DNA of 51,609 nucleotides from assembly GCA_964474445.1 (NCBI GenBank), contig CAYYSJ010000002.1, positions 1-51,609 on the forward strand. The letters run 5' to 3'. The translations under genes and the position numbers were made by a program. This document shows positions 19,471 through 29,198 of this stretch, in pieces. The notes beneath the pieces were generated by a model. It ran no database searches, had not been told where the DNA came from, and saw nothing but the letters and a program-made list of their open reading frames with translations. Each line of letters begins with the position of its first letter. Within the stretch, counting starts at the first letter, position 1. The stretch is from an uncultured Gammaproteobacteria bacterium (GTDB lineage: Bacteria > Patescibacteriota > Microgenomatia > Levybacterales > UBA12049).

Positions 19471-20283
19471 ATGTTTGATATTCTGCAATATTCATTTATT
19501 CAAAATGCCTTTATCGCATCTTTCTTTGTATCTATAGTTGCAGCTATTATTGGCTATTTTATTCTCGTTCGTGGCTTGACCTTTGCTGCTCACGCCTTTT
19601 CTCATGTTGGTTTCGCAGGTGCTGCAGGAGCTGTATGGCTGAGGATAGATCCAATTGTTGGTTTACTTTTTTTTACGATTGCTGCAGCAATGACTATAGG
19701 AGCACTTGGAAAAGAGCTTCGAGAAAGAGATATCACCATTGGAATTATTTTTACTCTTGCTCTCGCTTTTGGCGTTCTCTTCTTATCTCTTTATACTGGC
19801 TATGCTGAAGAGGCATACAGTATTCTTTTTGGGACAATTTTAGGAATAAGTGTAACCAACGTTATTATTACGGCACTCTTTAGCATCTTAACAATTGCAA
19901 CTATTGCACTTCTTTTTCGTCCATTACTATTCAGTTTTTACGATCCTGAAGTTGCAGAAGCACGTGGTGTGCCAACAAAATTACTTTCAATACTCTTTCT
20001 TATTCTTGTTGCTATTACTGTCTCAGTTTCAGTCCAAGTTGTTGGTGTTCTGCTTATTTTTACTCTTCTTGTTGGTCCTGCTGCAACAGCAATGAGACTT
20101 ACTAAAAGTCCATTCAGAGTGATTGGTTTAGCAATTATTCTCGGACTTCTCTATAGTTGGTCGAGTATTTTTTTAGCTGCAATAACAAATTTGCCAGTTT
20201 CATTCTATATTGCGACATTATCATTTGGCCTTTATTTACCTGTTCGGTTGATTACTCAAAAATCGATTAGGAAGACAATATGA
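19471..20283 (+). CDS. Metal ABC transporter permease 1
   Basis: Polytopic; AHAFSHVGFAG, DPEVAEARGV. Confidence 0.93.
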   Translation: MFDILQYSFIQNAFIASFFVSIVAAIIGYFILVRGLTFAAHAFSHVGFAGAAGAVWLRIDPIVGLLFFTIAAAMTIGALGKELRERDITIGIIFTLALAFGVLFLSLYTGYAEEAYSILFGTILGISVTNVIITALFSILTIATIALLFRPLLFSFYDPEVAEARGVPTKLLSILFLILVAITVSVSVQVVGVLLIFTLLVGPAATAMRLTKSPFRVIGLAIILGLLYSWSSIFLAAITNLPVSFYIATLSFGLYLPVRLITQKSIRKTI

Positions 20284-21122
20284 TAGCTCTTTTTCATTAT
20301 CAATTTGTACAATATGCATTTCTTGCAGGAACAATTATTGCGATTACTTCTGCTGTAATTGGCTATTTTGTGGTACTTCGCTCACAAGCTTTTGCTGCTC
20401 ATGCACTTTCTCATATTGGATTTGCTGGAGCAACAGGAGCAGCATTGATGGGATTAAGTTCTTTAACGGGAACGTTTTTCTTCACTATTCTTGCTGCATT
20501 GGGAATGGGAGCACTCGGTAAGAGGATACAAGGAAGAGATGTTGAAGTTGGTATGATTCTCTCTCTTGCCCTCGGTCTTGGTGTCTTGTTCCTTAAACTC
20601 TATACAACAAATGCAACTGAAGCAGTCAGTATCCTTTTTGGGTCAATTCTAAGTGTTACTCGATATGATCTTTTATTAAGTATAATTACAGGAATTATTA
20701 CTATTGTTATTCTTATTATTCTCTTTCGTCCACTCCTTTTTGCCTCCGTTGATCCAGAAGTTGCAACAGCACGTGGAGTGCCGGTTAACTTTTTATCGAT
20801 TGTTTTTATGGTACTTCTTGCGACAGCGGTGACAGAAGCAATTCTTATAGTTGGTATACTGTTAGTGTTTGCTCTTGTTGTAGCCCCTGCTGCAATAGCA
20901 CAGCATGTGAGCAAGCGTCCTTTGATGACAATTATATTGTCTATATCTTTTGGATTATTCTTTACATGGGGAGGATTATTTTTGGCATTACTTTTGCATG
21001 CTCCAGTAAGCTTTTTTATTGCAGGTTTGTCTGCCGTTTCGTATGTACTGGCAATATCTTTCGTTCATGCTATTTCTCCTCATCTGTATAAGCCGATTTC
21101 TCATGGGGATAAAGAGGTATAA
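20280..21122 (+). CDS. Metal ABC transporter permease 2
   Basis: Paralogue of the preceding gene (AHALSHIGFAG, DPEVATARGV); ATGA overlap. Confidence 0.93.
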   Translation: MIALFHYQFVQYAFLAGTIIAITSAVIGYFVVLRSQAFAAHALSHIGFAGATGAALMGLSSLTGTFFFTILAALGMGALGKRIQGRDVEVGMILSLALGLGVLFLKLYTTNATEAVSILFGSILSVTRYDLLLSIITGIITIVILIILFRPLLFASVDPEVATARGVPVNFLSIVFMVLLATAVTEAILIVGILLVFALVVAPAAIAQHVSKRPLMTIILSISFGLFFTWGGLFLALLLHAPVSFFIAGLSAVSYVLAISFVHAISPHLYKPISHGDKEV

Positions 21123-21150
21123 ATAGCAAAAGTGATAGAAAAAGAACACA

Positions 21151-21176
21151 TCATTTGTTTTTCAGTTGTTTCTCAG
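21151..21176 (+). promoter_or_regulatory. TCA(G/T) direct repeats, 11-bp period (putative OmpR-family box)
   Basis: TCAT 21151, TCAG 21162, TCAG 21173; the same motif occurs at 24018-24043 and 25788-25806. Confidence 0.6.
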
Positions 21177-21207
21177 GTTTAGTGTGTATGGTATAGTAAA
21201 AGCGCAT

Positions 21208-21681
21208 ATGAAAAAACTAGCAGTTATTATTATTTTAGTTTTGGCAGCAGGGGGATATACCCTTTACCAAAAAAGTACTAAGCAAACAGTACCTGTTGCA
21301 CAAACAACAAATACTCCTACAACTTCTCAAACTGTTATTCCGACCACAACATCACCTAGTGCTGCATCTTCTACGCCAACTCAAACTGTAGGAGGGAAAA
21401 CATATAAGGATGGAACCTATACTGGTGATGTTGCAGACGCGTTCTACGGCATGATGCAAGTACAACTTGTCGTAACCGGTGGGAAGATTAGTGATATTAA
21501 ATTCCTTCAATTCCCAGATAAACCTGGTCATACAGCTGAAGTTAGTAATGAAGCACTGCCACTTCTTAGACAAGAAGCAATTCAAAAACAATCAGCTCCA
21601 GTTGATGCTATCTCTGGAGCAACCCAAACAACTGATGCATTTAATCAGTCTCTTGCTTCTGCTCTCGGAAAAGCCCAATAG
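21208..21681 (+). CDS. Membrane-anchored FMN-binding (flavinylated) domain protein
   Basis: TM anchor, T/S/P linker, YKDGTYTG, and VDAISGATQTT containing the [S/T]GA[S/T] flavinylation motif. Confidence 0.92.
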   Translation: MKKLAVIIILVLAAGGYTLYQKSTKQTVPVAQTTNTPTTSQTVIPTTTSPSAASSTPTQTVGGKTYKDGTYTGDVADAFYGMMQVQLVVTGGKISDIKFLQFPDKPGHTAEVSNEALPLLRQEAIQKQSAPVDAISGATQTTDAFNQSLASALGKAQ

Positions 21682-21718
21682 GATCTGATCAAGTTGAGTA
21701 TAGTCCGATAAAAGTATC

Positions 21719-22456
21719 ATGAAACAGACACGCCTCTTAATGGGAATGCCCATTACTGTAGAAATAGTTGATGCAACTGCAACAGAAAAAGTCTTTGAAA
21801 CAGTGTTTAATTATTTTATTTCTATTGATATTAGGTTTAGTACATACAAAAAAGATAGCGAGATTTCAAAAATAAATAGAGGCGAATTGCAGCCAAAAGA
21901 TTACAGTGAGGCAATGAAAGAAGTCTTACGTCTATCTGAGGATACGCGACAACAAACAAAAGGATTTTTCGATATACACAATAACGGCAGCATAGATCCA
22001 TCAGGTTTAGTCAAAGGATGGGCTATTCTCAATGCAGCAAAAATATTGAAAAAAGAAGGAATTGAAAATTATTATGTGGAAGCAGGCGGAGATATTCAAG
22101 TGAATGGAAGCAATGAAAAAAAAGAAAAATGGCAAGTGGGTATAAGAAATCCATTTAAACAAGATGAAATTGTAAAAATTATTTCTCTGAGTAATGAAGG
22201 AGTTGCAACATCAGGTACGTATATTAGGGGTCAACATATTTACTCCCCAAAGGAAAACGGTAAAGAGATAGCAGATATTATTAGCCTCACTGTTATTGGA
22301 CCAAATATCTATGAAGCAGACAGATTTGCGACAGCAGCATTTGCTATGGGAAAAGCAGGAATTCATTTTATTCAAAGACAAAAAGGACTTGAAGGATATA
22401 TGATAGATACAGAAGGTTTAGCTACCTATACCAGTGGTTTTGAAAAGTATCTATAA
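21719..22456 (+). CDS. apbE: FAD:protein FMN transferase (short ApbE)
   Basis: MGMPI, RFSTYKKDSEIS, DPSGLVKGW, EAGGD, VATSGTY, HIYSP, ADRFATAAFAMG. Confidence 0.93.
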   Translation: MKQTRLLMGMPITVEIVDATATEKVFETVFNYFISIDIRFSTYKKDSEISKINRGELQPKDYSEAMKEVLRLSEDTRQQTKGFFDIHNNGSIDPSGLVKGWAILNAAKILKKEGIENYYVEAGGDIQVNGSNEKKEKWQVGIRNPFKQDEIVKIISLSNEGVATSGTYIRGQHIYSPKENGKEIADIISLTVIGPNIYEADRFATAAFAMGKAGIHFIQRQKGLEGYMIDTEGLATYTSGFEKYL

Positions 22457-22508
22457 CTTAATTTACGTATTAGTACTAATAAAATTCCTGGTTTTGAGAA
22501 TTATCACC

Positions 22509-24011
22509 ATGCTCATTTTTATTGATAACTTTTTGAATAACATTACCATGTATAGACTTGTTCTATATGTGCTGTTGATATTAGTAGGAGTTGCGGAAAT
22601 TTTTAGTTTTTTTCATCTCCTCCCTTTCTCCCCGATTGCACTTTTGCTATCAACAAGTTTTTTGATAATACTGTGTTGGATAACAAACAAAGTATTTTCA
22701 GTTCTTTTTAAAATTCAAACGAACTTTGAATCAGTCTATATTTCTGCACTTATTTTATCCCTTATCATTACTCCACAATCAGTAGTGTTTCCTACATTTG
22801 CAGCACTCTTTACTATTGCTTCTAAATATCTTGTTAGTCTCAATAAAAAACATATTTTTAATCCTGTTGCACTTGGAGTATTTTTAGGAGGGCTTGTTAC
22901 AGGCAATTTTGCAAGTTGGTGGGTTGGAACGGCAAGTCTCATGCCTTTTGTTGTATTAGGGGGATTTTTAATTGTTAGAAAAATTCGTCGAGAGGATATG
23001 GTTTTTACCTTCTTTATTATTGCAATACTCACTATTTTGGGATTTGATTTTTTCAATAAATCTGACCTCTTAGTATCACTGAAAAACGTAGCACTTGAGA
23101 CACCGATTATTTTCTTTGCGTCTGTCATGCTAACAGAGCCTCTCACAACACCACCTACGCAAATATTACAAAGTATGTATGGAGGAATAGTGGGCATATT
23201 ATATTCGCCACTGATTCACATTGGAACCTTTTATACATCTCCTGAGATAGCTCTACTTTTGGGGAATATTTTTTCCTATATTATGAGTCCGAAGATTCGG
23301 CTTCGTTTAGTTCTTCACAAAAAGATTTCAGTAACCAAAGATATTTCTACATTTATATTTCATGTTCCTCGGCCAATCTCTTTTCTTCCAGGACAATATA
23401 TGGAATGGACGCTTTCTCATAATAATATAGATAGCAGAGGGAATAGGCGGTATTTTACTGTTGCATCATCTCCTACTGAGCATAGTATTATGATTGGTGT
23501 GCGTTTTAATGCAAAAGGAAGTAGCTTTAAAAATGCGTTAACACATTTATCAGAAAATAACGAAATCATTGCATCACAAATAGCGGGAGACTTTACATTG
23601 CCCCACGATACGACAAAAAAACTTGTTTTTGTTTCTGGAGGAATTGGTGTAACACCTTTTCGCAGTATGGTGAAGTATCTTCTGGATAAAAAAGAAAAAC
23701 GAGATATTGTTGTATTATATTCTGCAAAAAGCGCAGATGATTTTGCATATAAAGAAATTTTTGATGAAGCAGCAAATGTTTTGGGAATAAAGATTGTCTA
23801 TACAGTAACAGACAAGGATAACACCCCTTCTTATTGGAAAGGACATGTTGGAAGAATTGATAGTGAACTTATACAAAAAGAGATACCAGATTTTCAAGAA
23901 AGATTATTTTACCTTTCTGGTCCAAATGCAATGATAGAATCATTTGAAACACTTCTAAAAAACATCGGTGTAAAACACATTAAAAAGGACTACTTCCCTG
24001 GCTTTGCCTAA
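22509..24011 (+). CDS. NqrB/RnfD-like membrane domain fused to an FNR-type FAD/NAD(P)-binding domain
   Basis: SKY..KKHIFNP, ASWWVG, MLTEPLTTP (RnfD-like); FLPGQY, RYFTVASSP, GGIGVTPFRSM, YLSGP (FNR). Start ATG 22509 preferred. Confidence 0.9.
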   Translation: MLIFIDNFLNNITMYRLVLYVLLILVGVAEIFSFFHLLPFSPIALLLSTSFLIILCWITNKVFSVLFKIQTNFESVYISALILSLIITPQSVVFPTFAALFTIASKYLVSLNKKHIFNPVALGVFLGGLVTGNFASWWVGTASLMPFVVLGGFLIVRKIRREDMVFTFFIIAILTILGFDFFNKSDLLVSLKNVALETPIIFFASVMLTEPLTTPPTQILQSMYGGIVGILYSPLIHIGTFYTSPEIALLLGNIFSYIMSPKIRLRLVLHKKISVTKDISTFIFHVPRPISFLPGQYMEWTLSHNNIDSRGNRRYFTVASSPTEHSIMIGVRFNAKGSSFKNALTHLSENNEIIASQIAGDFTLPHDTTKKLVFVSGGIGVTPFRSMVKYLLDKKEKRDIVVLYSAKSADDFAYKEIFDEAANVLGIKIVYTVTDKDNTPSYWKGHVGRIDSELIQKEIPDFQERLFYLSGPNAMIESFETLLKNIGVKHIKKDYFPGFA

Positions 24012-24017
24012 GAAACC

Positions 24018-24060
24018 TCAGCGCATCTTCAGCATTAGCTCAGGATGAAAGGAGTATAAT
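24018..24060 (+). promoter_or_regulatory. Three TCAG repeats at 11-bp period plus a TATAAT -10 element upstream of the response regulator
   Basis: TCAG at 24018, 24029 and 24040; TATAAT 24055-24060; ATG 24067. Confidence 0.7.
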
Positions 24061-24066
24061 ACCGTC

Positions 24067-24747
24067 ATGAAGTTGCTCCTTGTGGAGGATGAACATAAAA
24101 TAGCAAATTCGATTAAAAAAGGGCTTGAGCAAGAGTCATATACGGTCGATGTTGTTTATGATGGGACATCAGGACTTGATTTAGCATTGACCGAAGAATA
24201 CGATCTTATTGTGTTGGATAGACTTTTACCAGAAATTGATGGAATAGAGATTTGTAAACATCTGAGAGCACAAGGAAACCATACGCCTATTTTAATGCTT
24301 ACGGCAAAGGGGCAATTGCAGGATAGGCTTGAAGGTTTTAATGCAGGAGCTGATGATTATTTAGTCAAGCCTTTCGCATTTGAAGAGTTATTGGTGAGAA
24401 TTAAGGCGCTTACAAGAAGACCCAAAAAGAGTGTGAGTACTATTCTCTCATGTGACGGACTATCTCTTGATACCGATACGTTTGAAGTAAAAAGGGATGG
24501 AAGAGATATTCAGCTGTCAAGCAAGGAGTTTGCTCTTTTGGACTACTTACTCCGTCATCAAAATAAAATTCTTTCTAAAGAGCAAATTATTGCTCATGTC
24601 TGGAATTATGATGCAGATATTCTTCCTAATACGGTTGAGGTCTATATGGGATATCTACGCAATAAAATTGATAAACCTTTTTCTAACAAACCCAAGCTTA
24701 TTCACACTGTCCGGGGATTTGGATATAAGCTAGGAGAAAGAAATTGA
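24067..24747 (+). CDS. OmpR/PhoB-family response regulator
   Basis: LLVEDE, VLDRLLP, LMLTAK, GADDYLVKPF, HTVRGFGY. Confidence 0.96.
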   Translation: MKLLLVEDEHKIANSIKKGLEQESYTVDVVYDGTSGLDLALTEEYDLIVLDRLLPEIDGIEICKHLRAQGNHTPILMLTAKGQLQDRLEGFNAGADDYLVKPFAFEELLVRIKALTRRPKKSVSTILSCDGLSLDTDTFEVKRDGRDIQLSSKEFALLDYLLRHQNKILSKEQIIAHVWNYDADILPNTVEVYMGYLRNKIDKPFSNKPKLIHTVRGFGYKLGERN

Positions 24748-24776
24748 TCTTGAGAGGTCAATGAGAAATTATCGTT

Positions 24777-25784
24777 ATGTTTCAGCAAACTCGTTTACGT
24801 TTGACGACTTGGTATTTACTGGTGATTATGGGTATCAGCATTCTTTTTAGTGTTGCGTTCTATAACACTGCCACACAAGAAGTTCAGGGAATTATTAATA
24901 GAATGGAGCATGAAAGACAAGACCCTTTCAACAGATATCTGATTCCCCAGCAAGTTATTGACCAACGTATTGCTTATTTGCAATCGTCAAAAGCGCATTT
25001 ACTGTATTCTCTCATATTTTTAAATGGCATTATTCTTCTTGTTTCTGGAGGAGGAGGATATTTTTTGGCAGGGCGCACACTTCGTCCTATTCAAAAAATG
25101 GTTGATGAGCAAAACAGATTTATTACCGATGCGTCTCATGAACTACGTACTCCACTCACTGCAACTCGTACAGGTATTGAAGTTGCGTTGAGAGATAAGC
25201 ATTTAACTCTTCTTGATGCAAAAAAAGTTCTTGAGGGTAGCCTAGAAGATATTGCTGCAATCCAAGCGCTTTCTGATAATTTGCTTCGATTGTCACAATT
25301 TGAAAGTATGCCAACTAGTGCAATTTTTCAGAAAGTGTCGTTGGCTGATGTTATTGATAGTGCAACAAAAAAAGTAAATTCTTTGGCGAAGGCAAAACAT
25401 ATTACCATTATGAAGAAGACAACAAAACATGTTATAAAAGGAGATTTTCAAAGCCTTGAAGAGTTATGTGTTATTTTTCTGGATAATGCTATTAAATATA
25501 GCCCCAAAGAGAGTATCATTACTATTAGTACAAAACAAATGGATGGACACGTCTTGCTCAATGTTGAAGATCATGGTGTAGGAATAAAGAGAGATGATAT
25601 TCCTCATGTATTTGACAGATTTTATCGTGCAGAAAAATCCCGGACGAAAAATACTGCAGGAGGATATGGGCTTGGATTGTCCATTGCAAGAAAAATTATA
25701 GAAGAACATAAAGGATCAGTGAAAGTTGAAAGTACATTAGGAAAAGGGACATTATTTATCGTAGCATTTCCTGTTATTGGCTAG
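24777..25784 (+). CDS. Membrane sensor histidine kinase
   Basis: Two TM helices, ASHELRTP, DNAIKYS, DHGVGI, GYGLGLSI. Confidence 0.96.
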   Translation: MFQQTRLRLTTWYLLVIMGISILFSVAFYNTATQEVQGIINRMEHERQDPFNRYLIPQQVIDQRIAYLQSSKAHLLYSLIFLNGIILLVSGGGGYFLAGRTLRPIQKMVDEQNRFITDASHELRTPLTATRTGIEVALRDKHLTLLDAKKVLEGSLEDIAAIQALSDNLLRLSQFESMPTSAIFQKVSLADVIDSATKKVNSLAKAKHITIMKKTTKHVIKGDFQSLEELCVIFLDNAIKYSPKESIITISTKQMDGHVLLNVEDHGVGIKRDDIPHVFDRFYRAEKSRTKNTAGGYGLGLSIARKIIEEHKGSVKVESTLGKGTLFIVAFPVIG

Positions 25785-25787
25785 GAT

Positions 25788-25818
25788 TCAGGTATTTCTC
25801 AGGTATGCTTCCTACAAT
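25788..25818 (+). promoter_or_regulatory. TCAGGTAT direct repeat (11-bp period) plus TACAAT -10 element
   Basis: TCAGGTAT at 25788-25795 and 25799-25806; TACAAT 25813-25818. Confidence 0.7.
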
Positions 25819-25835
25819 TACAGTACAACAGTTGT

Positions 25836-27104
25836 ATGCTTAGTAGACTTAAGAATATATTATTTAGGAGCCGCGTAAGAGGTGTTATAACGGTTATTAG
25901 CGCATGTGGTTTGCTGATCGGCGGATATTTTCTATTGAATAAACAAAACACAACTTCTTCTTATCAGACAGCACAGGCAGCGAGAAATACACTTGTTACT
26001 ACAGTCAGCGCTTCAGGCACAATCTCTTCAGGAAGTACGATGAGTATTACCACTACTGCTACCGGTGTTGTTACCCATGTGTATGCTGCAAATGGAGACA
26101 CAGTAACACAGGGACAAAAAATTGCTGATATTGCTTTAGATCAAAACACAATGCAAAAACAGGCATCTGCTTGGTCAACATATTTAAATGCACAAGCAAC
26201 ACTGAATGCTGCAAAAGCAAAAATGAATTCCTTACAGTCCGCTCTCTTTACAGCCAATCAGGCATTTGTGAATGATAAAGGAGTTGCAAACCCAACAGAT
26301 CAGCAAAAAGCTGACCCAAAATATATCGAAGAACAAGCAAATTGGTTACAAGCAGAGTCTGATTACAACAATCAGCAAAGCGTTATTCAAGCAGCTTCGG
26401 CCGCTGTGACAAGCGCATGGCTTTCTTATCAGCAAGTGTCCTCAAGTATTATAGCGCCTGCAAATGGAATAATAAGTGGTCTTTCTATTTCTGAAGGTTT
26501 TCCTATAACCACTAGTCAGTCAAGTTCTAATTCTACAACCAGTAGTACTTCAATTGGAACGATCGCACTTCCATATGGGAGTCTACAAGCAACAGTTAAT
26601 CTCTCAGAAATTGATGTTACGCACGTGCAAGTTGGACAAAAAGTAACACTTACATTAGATGCTTTTGCGAATAAAACATTTACTGGAAAAGTTTCATCAA
26701 TTGACACGAGTGGGACGGTAAGCTCTGGTGTTACGACATATCCTACCGTTATTACTTTTGATACCCCTGATAGTGCAATTTATTCCAATATGGCGGCGAA
26801 TGCAAAAATTATCACAGCAGTAAAAGATAATGCGCTCCTTGTTCCATCTACTGCTGTTCAGACATCAAACGGGCAAGCAACAGTGCGGGTGATAAAGAAT
26901 GGTCAAATACAATCAGTTCCTGTTGGGACGGGTGACTCCAATGATACAGATACAGAAATAACGTCAGGACTTTCTGAAGGAGATACTGTTGTAACAAGTA
27001 TTATCACAACAGCTGGAAGTAAAGCTACATCTTCTCCTTTCGGTGGTGCTAGCTTTGGAGGTAACAGAGTATTTATTAATGGAGGTGGGAGAAGAGGCGG
27101 ATAA
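25836..27104 (+). CDS. Efflux periplasmic adaptor / membrane-fusion protein (MacA/YknX-like)
   Basis: TM anchor, GDTVTQGQ, helical hairpin, IIAPANGII, EIDV..VQVGQKV, EITSGLSEGD. Confidence 0.9.
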   Translation: MLSRLKNILFRSRVRGVITVISACGLLIGGYFLLNKQNTTSSYQTAQAARNTLVTTVSASGTISSGSTMSITTTATGVVTHVYAANGDTVTQGQKIADIALDQNTMQKQASAWSTYLNAQATLNAAKAKMNSLQSALFTANQAFVNDKGVANPTDQQKADPKYIEEQANWLQAESDYNNQQSVIQAASAAVTSAWLSYQQVSSSIIAPANGIISGLSISEGFPITTSQSSSNSTTSSTSIGTIALPYGSLQATVNLSEIDVTHVQVGQKVTLTLDAFANKTFTGKVSSIDTSGTVSSGVTTYPTVITFDTPDSAIYSNMAANAKIITAVKDNALLVPSTAVQTSNGQATVRVIKNGQIQSVPVGTGDSNDTDTEITSGLSEGDTVVTSIITTAGSKATSSPFGGASFGGNRVFINGGGRRGG

Positions 27105-27186
27105 CATATTAATGAGAAATTTCTCGTTCCTCATTTCTAATAACTCCATATATTTTCTTTGAAAGCAATATTTATTAGAAATTCTT

Positions 27187-27900
27187 ATGAACAATACAAT
27201 CATTTCAGTTTCTCATGTATCCAAAACCTACAGAACACATGACGTCCAAACAGTCGCCTTGGAAGATATCTCATTTACAATTCACAAAGGGGAATTTGTT
27301 GCTATTATGGGTCCTTCTGGAAGTGGAAAATCCACGCTCATGCATATTTTAGGAGCATTGGATGCACCAACAAACGGTACATATATTCTTGATGGGGAAA
27401 ATGTCGAAAAATTGAAGGATGATGAATTAGCAGAAATAAGAAATAAAAAAATCGGTTTTGTGTTTCAAGCATTTAACCTTCTTCCCCGCACAACGGTTTT
27501 GCAAAATGTTATGTTACCGATGCGGTATGCTGGTGTGCCACTGGAAGACCGCAGGAAAACGGCGGGAAAATATATCAATATGGTGGGACTTTCCGAGCGA
27601 ATGAACCATACCAGCAATCAAATTTCTGGGGGACAGCAGCAGCGTGTTGCAATTGCGCGTGCTCTGGTAATGAATCCTGCACTGCTGCTGGCTGATGAAC
27701 CAACAGGTAATATCGCATCAGCACAAGCTGAAGAAGTGATGGCAATTTTTCAAGAATTAAATAGACAAGGTCATACAATCGTAATGATTACCCATGAGCC
27801 GGATATAGCTCAACACGCCAAAAGAATTATTCATGTAAAAGATGGAAGAATAATGAAGGATGAAATCAATAAAAAACAAGTAATAGCTAAAAAGCAATAA
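27187..27900 (+). CDS. ABC exporter ATP-binding subunit (MacB/LolD type)
   Basis: [37 protein letters not shown]. Confidence 0.95.
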   Translation: MNNTIISVSHVSKTYRTHDVQTVALEDISFTIHKGEFVAIMGPSGSGKSTLMHILGALDAPTNGTYILDGENVEKLKDDELAEIRNKKIGFVFQAFNLLPRTTVLQNVMLPMRYAGVPLEDRRKTAGKYINMVGLSERMNHTSNQISGGQQQRVAIARALVMNPALLLADEPTGNIASAQAEEVMAIFQELNRQGHTIVMITHEPDIAQHAKRIIHVKDGRIMKDEINKKQVIAKKQ

Positions 27901-27907
27901 CGATATT

Positions 27908-29134
27908 ATGAATGATATTAAAGAAACACTTTTGGAAAGTTTGCAAACATTAACTATTAATAAACTTCGTACCGGACTTGCTATCCTGGGTATTGTTATT
28001 GGTATTGGGAGTGTAATTGCACTCGTATCATTAGGGCAGGCCACACAACAGCAAGTTCAGTCACAGATTCAATCGCTCGGAGCAAACTTGTTGACTGTTA
28101 TTCCGGGAGGGTCTAACACTGGTGCTGTAAAAGGTGCAGCAGGTAGTGGAACAACCCTTACTCTTTTTGATGCCAATGCTATAAAAACATCTGTAAATAT
28201 TACAACTATTCAAAATGTATCTCCAGAGGTACAAAGTCGAGTACAAATCACCACAGGAAAAGACAATATGAATGCTCAAGTGATTGGGGTCACATCAGTA
28301 TACCCAACGGTCCATAAAGTCGAAATGGCTGAAGGGTCGTTTATTACACAACGTGATACAGACAGTATGGGTAAAGTTGCTGTCATTGGTCCACAAGTTG
28401 TCAGTACTCTTTTTCCTAATGGATCGGATCCTGTTGGCCAAACTATTCGTATAAAAGGCCAAACATTTACTGTTACTGGAGTGACAGTTAGTAAGGGGGG
28501 AAGCGGCTTTCTCAATCAAGACAGTATTGTCTATATCCCGTTATCGACTGCACAAAAGCAAATTTTTGGACAAGACTATCTTTCATCAATTGCTCTTGAG
28601 GCAAAAAATCCTGATGTCATGGTTGATGCACAAAATCAAGTTGGCTATTTACTTTTATCGCGACATAAATTATCTGACCCTACTCAAGCAGATTTTTCAA
28701 TTTTTTCTCAACAAGATATTCTCAATACAGCCTCTCAAACAACAGGAACATTTACCTCACTACTTGCTGGTATTGCTGCAATTTCTCTTTTGGTTGGAGG
28801 TATTGGCATTATGAATATTATGTTGGTAACTGTTACAGAAAGAACACGAGAAATTGGTCTTCGAAAAGCCCTCGGCGCCAGGAAAAACACCATTATCATG
28901 CAGTTTCTATTAGAGTCAGTTATTCTGACGTGTATCGGAGGAGTCTTTGGTATGGTACTTGGCATTATTATTTCATTTCTTATTGCAACTCTTACGAGCT
29001 CACCGTTTGTCGTTTCTTTTTCATCAATTCTTTTGGCGACCTTAGTCTCTGGAGGAATAGGTATGTTATTTGGATGGTATCCGGCACAACGAGCAGCAAA
29101 TTTACAACCGATTGAAGCATTGCGATATGAATAG
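27908..29134 (+). CDS. MacB/FtsX-like ABC permease
   Basis: NKLRT..ILGIVIGIGSVI, GGIGIMNIMLVTVTERTREIGLRKALGA, PIEALRYE. Confidence 0.95.
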   Translation: MNDIKETLLESLQTLTINKLRTGLAILGIVIGIGSVIALVSLGQATQQQVQSQIQSLGANLLTVIPGGSNTGAVKGAAGSGTTLTLFDANAIKTSVNITTIQNVSPEVQSRVQITTGKDNMNAQVIGVTSVYPTVHKVEMAEGSFITQRDTDSMGKVAVIGPQVVSTLFPNGSDPVGQTIRIKGQTFTVTGVTVSKGGSGFLNQDSIVYIPLSTAQKQIFGQDYLSSIALEAKNPDVMVDAQNQVGYLLLSRHKLSDPTQADFSIFSQQDILNTASQTTGTFTSLLAGIAAISLLVGGIGIMNIMLVTVTERTREIGLRKALGARKNTIIMQFLLESVILTCIGGVFGMVLGIIISFLIATLTSSPFVVSFSSILLATLVSGGIGMLFGWYPAQRAANLQPIEALRYE

Positions 29135-29198
29135 AAGAAATTTATTCAGTTAACACGGAATAATAAACAATGAACATATTTGGAGGGGAGGTGATTGT

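Noticed and set aside
24760-27135. AATGAGAAATT shared by two intergenic gaps (24760 and 27111)
   Set aside because: An 11-bp AT-rich word with only two copies could be chance.
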